Of a stretch of 64,000 bases of DNA, positions 12,161 to 22,834 are shown piece by piece. Made by a program: the position numbers and the translations under genes. Every line of letters starts with the position of its first letter. Positions within the stretch are counted from its first letter, which is position 1. Origin of the DNA: Podarcis vaucheri (taxonomy: Eukaryota); NCBI GenBank assembly GCA_965113315.1, contig OZ220370.1; one strand, given 5' to 3'. The notes below the pieces were generated by a model, which saw only the letters and a program-made list of their open reading frames with translations, made no database searches and was not told the origin of the DNA.

Positions 12161-13872
12161 TGTATAGTAACATTTTTAAAATGGCATTAAGAAATAAAAG
12201 TTATCAAATGACAATAATGTGGTGAAATCGAGAAATTCCTAGGTAGTATAATAAACCCTAGTGTTCTTACCACAGGGGTGTGTAGCCTTTGCTATATCCT
12301 AGGAACAAAGCCTCAACCAATCCAATTGTGAAGTTAAGGTTTATATTTGCACGAATATTTGCAGTATCTATGCTTCAACTTCTTTATCATCAACTTTGTA
12401 CAGCAATGGTTTTGAATGAGTGCAATAAATAATGTACTGTCGCTGACTTTGGGTTGTTACCACAGACAGTTTACTTGGCTTTTTCAGCATTTGGAAATGG
12501 TATTTCTCACCTCCTCCACACAAGTCTTTTCACCCTCCTGCCAAGATTTTGAAAGGGAAAAATAACTTCATTTTGGTTTGAGGTGTTTCAGAAGTTATTT
12601 GAGGAGAAGCATAGCTGGCTACTTGCAGGAACATTAGAAGTCAGCTATGTAGTTCATTTCTAAACACATTTTGGGATGAATTTGTACAAACCCTGGGAAA
12701 GAAATGCTATCAAAAATGGACACATTTTGAACTCCCCCCCCCCTGAATTTAACAATAACAGCAGCATTCCCAGGTGTATGCAGCATATTAAATAAATATT
12801 TAGTGGATGGAAAAGAAACAAACATGTCAAGCAGACAGATGGATTACGAATCTATATGTTTAATGGTTTGGTTTCTTTTAACATTTAGTTAGAAATCAAG
12901 TTGCCATTCATGCATTTCTAACATAGATACAGAATTACAGTGAATAGTCGATGTGCTTCATTGTTACTAGGGTGAAATTTAGCAATTCTCTATTAGCTTT
13001 TAGATGATAGCTTGACAGGCAAAGACTTGATGCTTTCGTATTATAGCTCTTTAGTCTGGAATTGTCATCTATTATTCATTCTTTGTAAATGAAGAATCCA
13101 GATGACACTATTCTAGTGGCTTTTTGAATATATTTTTTTCAGGCTAGTTTTTTTTAATAATTGTTCACTTGCAATGCAATTGCAACGCCAGGCTGCCCAG
13201 TGTGGATTGTAAAAGTACTATTTAAAGTTTTCAGGGCTACTGTACCATTAATTAGTAGCTTCCTCCTTGTGGCATATGTTTCAAACTGCTCCTGTTCAGC
13301 AAGAGAAAATAAGTGAAATGCTCCCAGTTTGAGTAAAACAGTACAGAGGAGGTGTTTCTCCAGTTTAGTAAAGTGAATTGCAGTGCACCACTGGTACACA
13401 CAGGACTATAGGAAATGTCTGCAATTAGAAATTAGGAAATGGACGTAACATTCTCTCCCTGTCTGAACTTCTTTAAAGCTAGCAATGCTGAATTAGGATT
13501 TTTGCCATGGTAGCAGTGAAGGAGGAAGTTGCTTCAGTTACTTGAAGAGATTTATTTTTCTGTTTGTGTGGGACACCACCCCATTACGTTTTATGGTCTG
13601 AGAGTGGCACCATTTGTTGGGCTGCAATATGGTGCACAAAAAAGCACATCTTTATGTGCCTACACAGTCTGAAACAATAATGGGGTACAGAAAACATTTT
13701 TAAAAAATATATTGCTTTAAAATCCATCTTATCTAACAACAGCTGGGAAACTAAAGAGTGGACTGTGGGGTCCTTGGTGGACAGAAAAAGAACTCATGCA
13801 CCTGAGGTATGCAGTAAAAATAATGTTTTATATATATATATATACGTGTATGCCAGTTCTCATTTACTTTAC

Positions 13873-14212
13873 CTTTAAGAGCCACCCCACCACCATTTTT
13901 GCAAAGCTGAGCAGGCAACTCTAATGAACAGCAGCAATAAGTAGCCTGTGGCAGTAAAATAAGGCAGACTTCACCCCATGCCCTTCTCTTTTCTCGAGAT
14001 GAGGAAGTCACTTGTTTGCCTCTGGTGCGTTCCATCCCTTCCCTGGGCTGAAATATATTTGGGTCTGCTGGTGAGCCTGGTAATAACTGTGGTGGCTGCT
14101 GAATGGGGTGGGGTGGGGGGAGCAGGGAAGCAAAGGGAGTAAAATAAGTGTCAAGGAATTCATTGTCTGTCCTCCACCTGTTGTTATTCTGGTCCCAATC
14201 AACCTGCTAGCC
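13873..14212. promoter_or_regulatory. Probable (bidirectional) promoter region upstream of the + strand first exon
   Basis: No recognisable TE. Contains an ETS-like AGGAAGT, a G4 motif at 14105-14127, CCAAT near 14196, and a minus-strand donor AAG|GTAAAG at 13873/13872. Confidence 0.45.
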
Positions 14213-14344
14213 NNNNNNNNNNNNNNNNNNNNNNNNNNNNNNNNNNNNNNNNNNNNNNNNNNNNNNNNNNNNNNNNNNNNNNNNNNNNNNNNNNNNNNNN
14301 NNNNNNNNNNNNNNNNNNNNNNNNNNNNNNNNNNNNNNNNNNNN
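14213..14344. other. Assembly gap (132 N)
   Basis: Run of N, followed by GA-rich sequence. Confidence 1.
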
Positions 14345-14595
14345 GAGAGCGAGAGCAGGACGGAGAGGAGGCTGCAGGGGAGAGAAGAACAGAGAGTTCC
14401 TTTGCTCTTCGACTAAGAGGGGATTGTGGATGTTTCTGATCGAAAAATATATTCCTATCGTTCCTGCCCAAAGGTTACCCCATGATTTAAGGATAATGAT
14501 GGCTCTTCTGCTGCTTTAATCTGGCTTTTCCAAATTGCCTCTTCTATTTATTAAGTTTCAAAATTTTCACCCGTACAACGAAGGAACGGAGAGAA
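14345..14595 (+). other. Probable non-coding first (5' UTR) exon of an unidentified large gene
   Basis: GA-rich, CpG-retaining leader ending at the donor GAGAA|GTAAGT. It has no long ORF and is followed by about 50 kb with no recognisable coding exon. Confidence 0.5.
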
Positions 14596-15188
14596 GTAAG
14601 TTCAAACCGCAACCGCAACTCAAGGCAATCTTTCTCAAAACCAGATCATATGATACAGTTCCTACTCATTTTTACCAGCAGTAAAATCTGCCACCCAGAG
14701 AGCTCATATTTGTGCGCTTTCCATGGGGGGGGGGGATGGCTTCCTCATCCTGCCTTCTAATAAAATATGGGACACTTTGGGGGGTTCTCTTCATCACCAA
14801 TCCCTCCTGGCAGTGATTCCCTTGAAAACGTTGGTTGTGTTTGCTCCAATAAAGCCAGGCCTTCATGCAGGCACCCAGTTCAGGTTCTGCCTGATGAAGA
14901 ATTAGCCAGGCAGGTAGCTTGCCAAACATGAATCTGATTAAGTCGAGACTCAGAGAGAAGGAAGTTTTAAAAAGAACATAGGCATTGTAAATTGTACAAG
15001 CAACTTTGTTCTTCCTAAGTCTGAGTAATTTTACCATGGCAAGTACAGATGCCAGCATGTTGCTTCATTTCTCACAGTTTGTACATTTAGTGGAAAAAAA
15101 GGCTGCCAGATGAGACGATCTTACAGTAACTCCTGTATGAGTAAAGGGAAGTTAGGCAGAGCTCTTGCTTCTCTATCAGAACTTAAGG

Positions 15189-15324
15189 CAGTCTTTCTCA
15201 ACTTAGGGTGCCCAGATGTTGTAGGGCTACAACTCCCACCATCCTTAGCTAGCAGGACCAGTTGTTTGGGATGATGGGAGTTGTAGTCCAACAACATTTG
15301 AAGACCCCAGGTTGAGAAAGACTG
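15189..15324. mobile_element. Non-autonomous hAT (Charlie-like) MITE
   Basis: Perfect 14-bp TIR CAGTCTTTCTCAAC/GTTGAGAAAGACTG, 8-bp TSD ACTTAAGG/ACTTAAGA, and internal palindrome CTACAACTCCCA...TGGGAGTTGTAG. Confidence 0.9.
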
Positions 15325-16414
15325 ACTTAAGAGTTCTTTTTCTGCTATAGTCTCTGGGGGGCTATACCACTTGCTTTTTCTGAATTTGAAGTTTTGCCCT
15401 CAGTTGCAAACAAGTAGTTTGTAGAAACTGTTGCTTGGATTCACACTGATATGAAATGTAGTAAATAGGTTGTTGTTACATGTAGTTTTGTTTTAATGAG
15501 GGGTTAACCGTTAAATTAGTTTTGCTACTGGTTGTTGACATGGAAATTGTGATAATATGCACAGTATCACATTGCTTACATAAAACTTGTTATTTATAAA
15601 GTATGAGTACAAAATAGGGTGGACTATTTTGCTATGGATTGAAATGCATTTTGCTGTTTAGAAAATATGCTAGGTTGCAACTCTTCTGTTTCTATCACAT
15701 CGTATGGGTATTATTCTTACGGAATTCCTATCTGATATTTGTTGCTGTGTTGGTCCAAGAGAACACAACAGGCAGACTAAGTGAGGCTTGTCTTATTGAC
15801 TGAACCCTTTGGGAGAGAAAGAGTGGATTTCAAAAACATGTGCACCCCACCCCCTTCAATACGAAGGGGCTTGAAAGGAGTGCAAATGGGAGAAGAGTTT
15901 AATTTGGCCTTCTTTGAAGTAGCTTTATGACTAAACGTTTCTTTGGTAATGCAAGTTACACAGACCCTTGGCATTGGGGTGGATTTTGCCCATAAGAAAG
16001 AGGATATGAGGGAGCTTGATAACTGAGAACTGGATCCTGTGAAGTGCTGAGCACAATATTTCAATCGTGAAAGCCCATAATTTTAAGGAATGTGTGTAGT
16101 GCTCAGTGGGACGACTTCCAAGGTGCCAGTTAATCATGTGTTCTGTTGGCGCAGATTCCTTTACAGAATAAGGTTTCAACTGCAGGGACCTCTGTTGTGG
16201 GCAAATAAAAAAATAGAAGGCTCCATTGCTGTTAATCTGCTATCTCTACCAACAGTTTGATATCTATAGAGTCTCCCTCCATTAGTAGAAATATGTTTCG
16301 TCAGTTACTCACTGGTTTTGTTTTGTTTTTGCCTGAAAAAGTATCATGTCAGGGTTGTTTGCTGGTGCTATTTTAAAATCTCACTATGGCAGCCAACTCG
16401 GGACTGCCTGCATC

Positions 16415-16464
16415 ACCTCCTTCTTCCTCTTCCTCCTCCTCCTCCTCCTCCTCTCTTCCTCCTC
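16415..16464 (+). repeat. (CCT)n-rich low-complexity tract
   Basis: Visible CCT/CTT trinucleotide run. Confidence 0.9.
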
Positions 16465-17607
16465 TTACAGAGCCTCTGCAATCTAAAAGAACATAGAACG
16501 GAGTGTAGTGCAAAAACAGAGAGGGCTTCTTTAATGCGTGAAATGGCAAAGAGGCAAAAAGCAGTTCATCCACAAGGCTAAAGCAAACATCTTCTTCATG
16601 AAGCTCTGGTTGTTTGGTAGCTGCAATTTTGAAATGATATGAGTAGTAACATTTGTTAAAAAATGTTCAGTCTGGGAAATTATTTCTGAAACTCTTACGC
16701 AGCATTGTTGAAATTAGATCAAATTGAACTGTAATATATAAAATATTGTGCTTTCTTAACCCCTGTAAACTGATTTCATTTGTCTTTGTGAACTTGCTGG
16801 GCTATTAAGGACGCACATTCCTTCCACAGTTAATAACATTTAATATTTTTCTCTGAATTCATAAATTTAATTAGACTTGGTTAATCAATCCCATATTTTT
16901 TAAAAAGTTGAAAGACTATTGAGAAACCTTTTGATTTAAGAACAAGCAAGTATCAAGTTCATGCATTTCAACTGGTTAATAGTGTGCTTACATTATCTTC
17001 TAATGCATAATATATGCCTGAACTGACTGGCTTCTAATTATACTGCAAAGAGTTTCCAAAGCAAACCATTTTCATGACTGATAATAAGACAGTCCAAACC
17101 ACTCCCTTGGTAATCTCTCACAGCGTCATGGCTGTAAACTATACGGGGACAAGGAATTCGTTCTCTCCTACCTACCAAGCAAAAGACATGCCACTTTGTG
17201 GTAAAAGTAAACAAGAAGAAACTACTTTTAGGTGTAAAATATGTTGGGAGGAATGTCCAAGCCTTTGACCTTCTAGCTCTAAGGGTTAGGGAAGCACTTC
17301 CAGCCTGAGGGACACATTTCCTCATGGACAACCTTCCAGAGGCCAGTGGTGGGTGTGGACAGAAGCAAAAAGTGGGTTGGACAACATTGTACCTTTGTAC
17401 ACTGAGCTGCATTCCAGCCACACAGAAGTCAGAGGTTTCCAACTCACCTCCTCCCGATGCTTCATCTAGGCAAGCAAGAGACATTACCATAGTTAGGGAC
17501 ACAATTCAGCCTGGCTAAAACATTCAAGGAGGGCATTCAAGAAGAATTGGACCCATTCCTTCCTGGCCACTGTCACATTTCTCCCCCCATATTAATCTCT
17601 TACTCTT

Positions 17608-17930
17608 TGGGATGCTGGATGAAATGATCTGTCAATTTCAGTTTTCTCAGTTTATTTTTCCAATTTTAAACCCAGTTTCCCACTTTTCTGTAGCAATTTT
17701 CTGTGATTTTTTTTAATCTTCATGAAAAATTTTCTGTGTTTTAATTTGAATTTCTGCATTTTTGTGTGCAGTTTTGACTAAGGTATACATTTTTGCAAAT
17801 AATTTCTCCCAATATAGTGGATTTTTATATGTTATTTTAAAAAATACCTTCATTTTTATGCATATGTTCCCCTAATATATGCATTTTTCTAAACATTATT
17901 TGCTTGGAGAACTGCATTACAAAAATTGGT
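17608..17930. repeat. AT-rich interspersed repeat with internal CATTTTT subrepeats (unclassified)
   Basis: Recurring (A/G)CATTTTT units, as seen in old lizard non-autonomous DNA elements. Confidence 0.4.
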
Positions 17931-18107
17931 ACTCTGACGGGGGGACAGAAAAGGGGTAATGTCAGTTGCAGCCTTTTAGTTTATTGTGGAGGCACAGTAA
18001 GAAATTATTATGATTCTATGTTGTGAGGTACTATTACCCCTAGATAACAGGATTTCCCGTTTACGGAATGTGACACTGGTTGAAAATTCAGAAACTACCC
18101 ATCTACA

Positions 18108-18464
18108 GGGGATGCGCAGAGCCTAGGGCCTACAGGGGACCACTGAGCCACCGATCAGAAGGTCGGCAGTTTGAATCCCTGTGATGGGGTGAGCTCCCAT
18201 TGCTCAGTCCCTGCTCCTGCCAACCTAGCAGTTCAAAAGCACATAAAGTGCCAGTAGATAAATAGGTACCACTCCGGTGGGAAGGTAAACGGCATTTCTG
18301 TGCACTGCTCTGGTTCGCCAGAAGCGGCTTAGTCATGCTGACCACATGACCTGTCTGCGGATAAATGCCGGCTCCCTCAGCCAGTAAAGTGAGATGAGCG
18401 TTGCAACCCCAGAGTCCTTTGTGACTGGACCTAACGGTCAGGGGTCCTTTTATCTTTACCTTTC
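18108..18464 (+). mobile_element. Sauria SINE (Squam1), near full length, with rearranged 5' end
   Basis: Diagnostic CCGATCAGAAGGTCGGCAGTTTGAATCCC...CCTGCCAACCTAGCAGTTC...GTAGATAAATAGGTACC body, ACCTTT-type tail, and 10-bp TSD CCCATCTACA (18098-18107 and 18465-18474). Confidence 0.93.
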
Positions 18465-18600
18465 CCCATCTACAATAAACTAAAATAAGTTTTCAAAAGA
18501 GGAAAGCAGCACAATGTGAAGATAAAATGCCATGTTTTGGTTTTTTTTTAAATTCCCTAACAATGCTCTTGTTGATAAAATGCTTAATATGTACAGATTA

Positions 18601-18771
18601 GGGCTGGATCTAGACACTTCAAAGAAGCGTTTCAGTTGAAAGCGCTGTAAATTTAAACAGGGAAAACAGGTAGAGAAAAACAGGACTCCACATCACCATT
18701 TGGTGGCACAATGTTATATCGCACATGCAACGCATATAAATCGCTGTTTCTTTACCAGTCTAGGTGAGTCC
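18601..18771. mobile_element. Non-autonomous DNA element, PIF/Harbinger-like
   Basis: Imperfect TIRs GGGCTGGATCTAGAC / GTCTAGGTGAGTCC with TTA and TAG flanks. Confidence 0.5.
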
Positions 18772-19637
18772 TAGTTTGCAATAATTATTCTTAGCAATTC
18801 TTTCCTTCCATTTTTCAGCAATGTAATACGAGGCCAAGGCCAAGATTTTATGTCAGGATCTGTCCAAAGCACTCCTTGAACGGCCTGTTAGTTGATATTT
18901 TTGAAGTGGCAGAAAGGAAGCACCAGGGCAGTGTCCTTCCTGGCTCTGCTGGGCTTCCTGTACGCTTCCCTGATGGAATGTTAGTCAGAAGCCTTGTTAC
19001 AATTCAGACTCAGTCTCTCATGCCATCACCCGCCTCCTGGCTTTGATTTTCTGAGCCTGTGTTCTCCGCCGGCACACTGTCTCTACCCTCTGACTAACAC
19101 ATGAGTGTACAGGTGGCAGAGGAAAGGGTGAACAGTGATGGAAATTACCAGTGATTCAGATTTGGAGAATGACATGGTTATTTCCAGCTGGAAATACACC
19201 TGCTTAATAATGCTGCAGCAGACATAGTTGTGTAACATGGCCAGATTACCGTCTGCAAGGTTTCTTCGATATACCCGCCGTGGTTAAAAATCCAGAGGCA
19301 ACTGACTTTGCTGGCTTGTTGCCAGAAACATGTATCATATCCTTCATGAAGTCTTCCCAAACTTTGAAATTCCCGTTCCCTTTTGGCAAGGCTTGCCTGT
19401 TGTTGGTGCTCCTTTAATCACTGTTTTGTGGAAGGAATAAAGCTGAACCAATTGGGTTTCCCTGTGTGTGCATTTCTATAATATTCACCAATAAATGGGG
19501 CTATTTTTTACCCAGATAATTCCCAATATATGGCAAGGAGGGTTGCTAGGCAAAGAAGCCTACAGCATATGCAGGGGAGGGGGGATTCAAAATCTGAGGG
19601 AGAGAAAATTGAATGAAGGTAGCAATAGGCTATATTT

Positions 19638-19887
19638 GAGAGCCAGTGTGGTGTAGTGGTTAAGAGCGGTAGTCTCGTAATCTGGGGAACCGGGTTCGCG
19701 TCTCCGCTCCTCCACATGCAGCTGCTGGGTGACCTTGGGCCAGTCACACTTCTCTGAAGTCTCTCAGCCCCACTCACCTCACAGAGTGTTTGCTGTGGGG
19801 GAGGAAGGGAAAGGAGAATGTTAGCCGCTTTGAGACTCCTTAAAGGGAGTGAAAGGCGAGATATCAAATCCAAACTACTACTATTCT

Positions 19888-19919
<32 letters not shown>

Positions 19920-19940
19920 TTCTTCTTCTTCTTCTTCTTC
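19638..19940 (+). mobile_element. Young Squam3-like tRNA/CORE SINE with (CTT)n tail
   Basis: A-box GTGGTGTAGTGG, B-box GGGTTCGCGTCTCC, CORE GGTGACCTTGGGCCAGTCAC, L2-like 3' stem, retained CpGs, and a (CTA)/(CTT)n microsatellite tail at about 19875-19940. Confidence 0.88.
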
Positions 19941-20899
19941 GTATGTATAAATTCAGAAAATTGTTATCAAGGCTTCAGTGTATACAGCCTTACTTGGGAG
20001 TAAGACTAATTGGACTCGGTGAGATTTGCTTCTGAGTAAACATGTATAGGATTCCAAAATCCACAGCTGGGCAACACCTTGACTGAAATGAACAAAAATG
20101 TCACAGTTTAGGACTGCACATAAAATTTCTACATTTTTAATATTAGATGTTTTTGTGCATGTAGACTGATAATTCAGTCCAGATAGGGCATTGATAAGTC
20201 TCCTGTGGTGAAAGAACTATCTTAATTAAGTTGGATTCTTAATCCTTGTACATCAGCACCCAACAGCACGGAGGCCTCTTTCTCCGCTTCAAAAGGGCAA
20301 GAGGGGGAAATCATGTGACTCCTGCTTCTGTGCTATTGGGTTCTTATTCAGAGGGCACAGTTTGCACAAGAGATCACCTGAACTGTGGAATGGAGAGGAT
20401 TAGGCCGGTCCTTCATCACGCTGCCACAGACCAACTATATGAAGTGTGGGTCATACGAATCTCCTAACTATTGGGGGGGGGGATTTGCTATAATGTATAA
20501 CAGAGAATTATATTGGAGCTAGAATGCAGTCAGAATAACTGTGACGATGATGGCAACAACAACAACAATAACAGGTGATAAACTGGCAAGGCTGAGTTAA
20601 CTGATATCTGCAGGCGAAAAGGAAGCCATTGTCTTTATACAGGTCCAAATGGGTACATTTGAACTTCCAGATGAACTTCCATTTTTCAGCTTCATGCTCA
20701 CCTTCAGATCATTGGTAGAGTGTCCCAGAAGATGGAAAATTATCTTACTAGTTTATGAATATTGCCCTTTCTGATGTCAGATTTGTGTCCATCGTTTCTT
20801 TTGTATAGAGACCGGGTGTTGCTGGCATATTGTTTTGTATTTATATGGTATATTTTCAAAGTGGTCATACCCACTTTGTACACGTTTATCTCAGTTCTG

Positions 20900-21050
20900 C
20901 AAGGTCATCCAGTATTACCCTCATGTCATAGATGGGAGGCTAAGAAAAAGTGGCATGGGTCATGGGTAAATTCCTGGCGGAGGCAAGATTTCAAGTGAGG
21001 ATTTCCTGGCTTAAAGCCTATTCCCTTATCTACGATGCCAGACTAGCTCT
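20900..21050 (-). mobile_element. Old MIR/CORE-like SINE remnant
   Basis: The reverse complement starts AGAGCTAGTCTGGCATCGTAGAT and has ...CCCATCTATGACATGAGGGTAATA, a CORE-like segment. Confidence 0.45.
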
Positions 21051-22707
21051 TTTCTTTACTAGAGTTGCATTAAGTAATACAGATTTTACAATCGGGTTCC
21101 CAACTTTTTATTCCAAAACTGATGACCCATGGAATGAGTCAGGGTTGCAGACTCTTGTTAGGCCAGGAGTTGAAGATAACAGCAAATATTTTCTGCTAAA
21201 CTCCTGGGGATTATGCTGGCTGGCATGGTGGGCTGAGCTTTGGTCCTAACAAGGAAGTACACTAAGAACAATCCCATAGCTGCCACCGCTATGTTTGGCT
21301 GACAACACCTCTTGTCCTTCACTTCATGGGCTACCAGAAGTTAGCATTTGTAGAAAATGGGTTGAAGCAGTCTAAAAAAAATCCTCTGCAAATGATGGCA
21401 GTTACATACAGCCTTTCCTTCCTGCAGAACAGAAGTTTGGACCTAGTATATTTCTAATATATTATATACCCTGAGAGACAGCAACAAATTGGCATTTCTC
21501 AAAGCAGGGCTACCCTGGCTTCTATTAATAGTTTATGTTCCATTTTATTCAGCACAGACACAACTTGTATGATAGTCAATGTTTTAAAAAGCTTATTCAA
21601 TTTCATTGCTGGAGTGTGTTTCTATAATCAAGTCATGTGTACCCTAGCATTACAGGGACAACTTCTGCCTGCCATACCCAGTTTTGTGTTCTTGGAATTT
21701 CTTTCAGGAATGGCTCTATGCAATTGTTTCAGCTTTCATTACACCAATAAAGCATTTTAATGACTTTTGAATATCCACCAAAAATGGTTGGGGTTTAAAA
21801 GAAAGTAGAGTCTTGACTCTGAAAAGTATTTGGAAGGAGAGAAGTGGAATGTGTATAGAGTTTGCTCCATTGCCCTTTCAAATTCCAATTGCTCACGAAG
21901 CACTTGTTCAGTGTCTGGTTAACAACCACCAGAATAATAGAATCGTTTTTTGGTTGGCATCTATCTGTCTCGAGAGACAATGGAGTGCTCTTCCAGGGGC
22001 AAAGTCAAACCACTGGAGAATCACAGCACCTACTTAGAAAATTTAAGCTGCAATTAATATATATGGGGTTAGCAACTGTGGTAGAATTTGATTTTTTATT
22101 TATTTTAAAGAATCATTTCTCAGTTTTCGTTGCCCCTCCATATTACTTCCCTAAATGTTGGTGCCTGCCTGTGCCCCCTTCTAGTAGCTCAGCCTCAGAG
22201 TAGAATATATTTCCCAAAGTTAATGTTCTATCACACATGCCTTAAGAGTCTCCTGTGTATTACCAGCCCCTGTGCTAATATATTAGTGATTGTCTGCTTG
22301 GAAAAAAAAATAAAAGCACAAATGTCAGGCTGGCATATGAGAAAAATAAATCATGAAGAATTTCTGGTGGGCTTCTCTTTTTTCTTTTTTGCATGAATGT
22401 TGCATTCCTGGTTCAGGAGACAGAGCATGTTTCCTGACCACTAAAGCACCTTTTCCGCTTCATGTAAGTCAACACTTCAGCTGTGTGTGCAATGCCAAAA
22501 AGACTGAAATCAGCCCCTCAGGAAAGAAAAAAAAAATCAGTTTTAGTACTTCACAGGGACTCTGGAGTATAGATAACCTATGCATCATCAAGTTACATAC
22601 GATTTTGTTTTCAGTGCTACCCAACTTATTGCCTTGGGCACTTACGGGTAATTATTATTTTTTTATTTCCCATGGCAGCCCCTGCACTGGCATTCCATGT
22701 TATAGAG

Positions 22708-22834
22708 CAGATGTGGGGAGTCTGTTGCCCTTCGGGTGTCCTTGGATTCCATCTCCCATCAGCCCCAGACAGCATGCCTAGTGGTCAGGGATGATGGGAA
22801 TTGATGATCTGGAGGGCTGCAGGTTCCCTGTTCC
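22708..22834. mobile_element. Degenerate hAT-type MITE related to 15189-15324
   Basis: CTCCCATCA...TGATGGGA palindrome with CAG..GGGGA / TTCCC..CCT ends. Further relatives lie at 26535-26627, 39922-40023 and 48400-48508. Confidence 0.6.
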
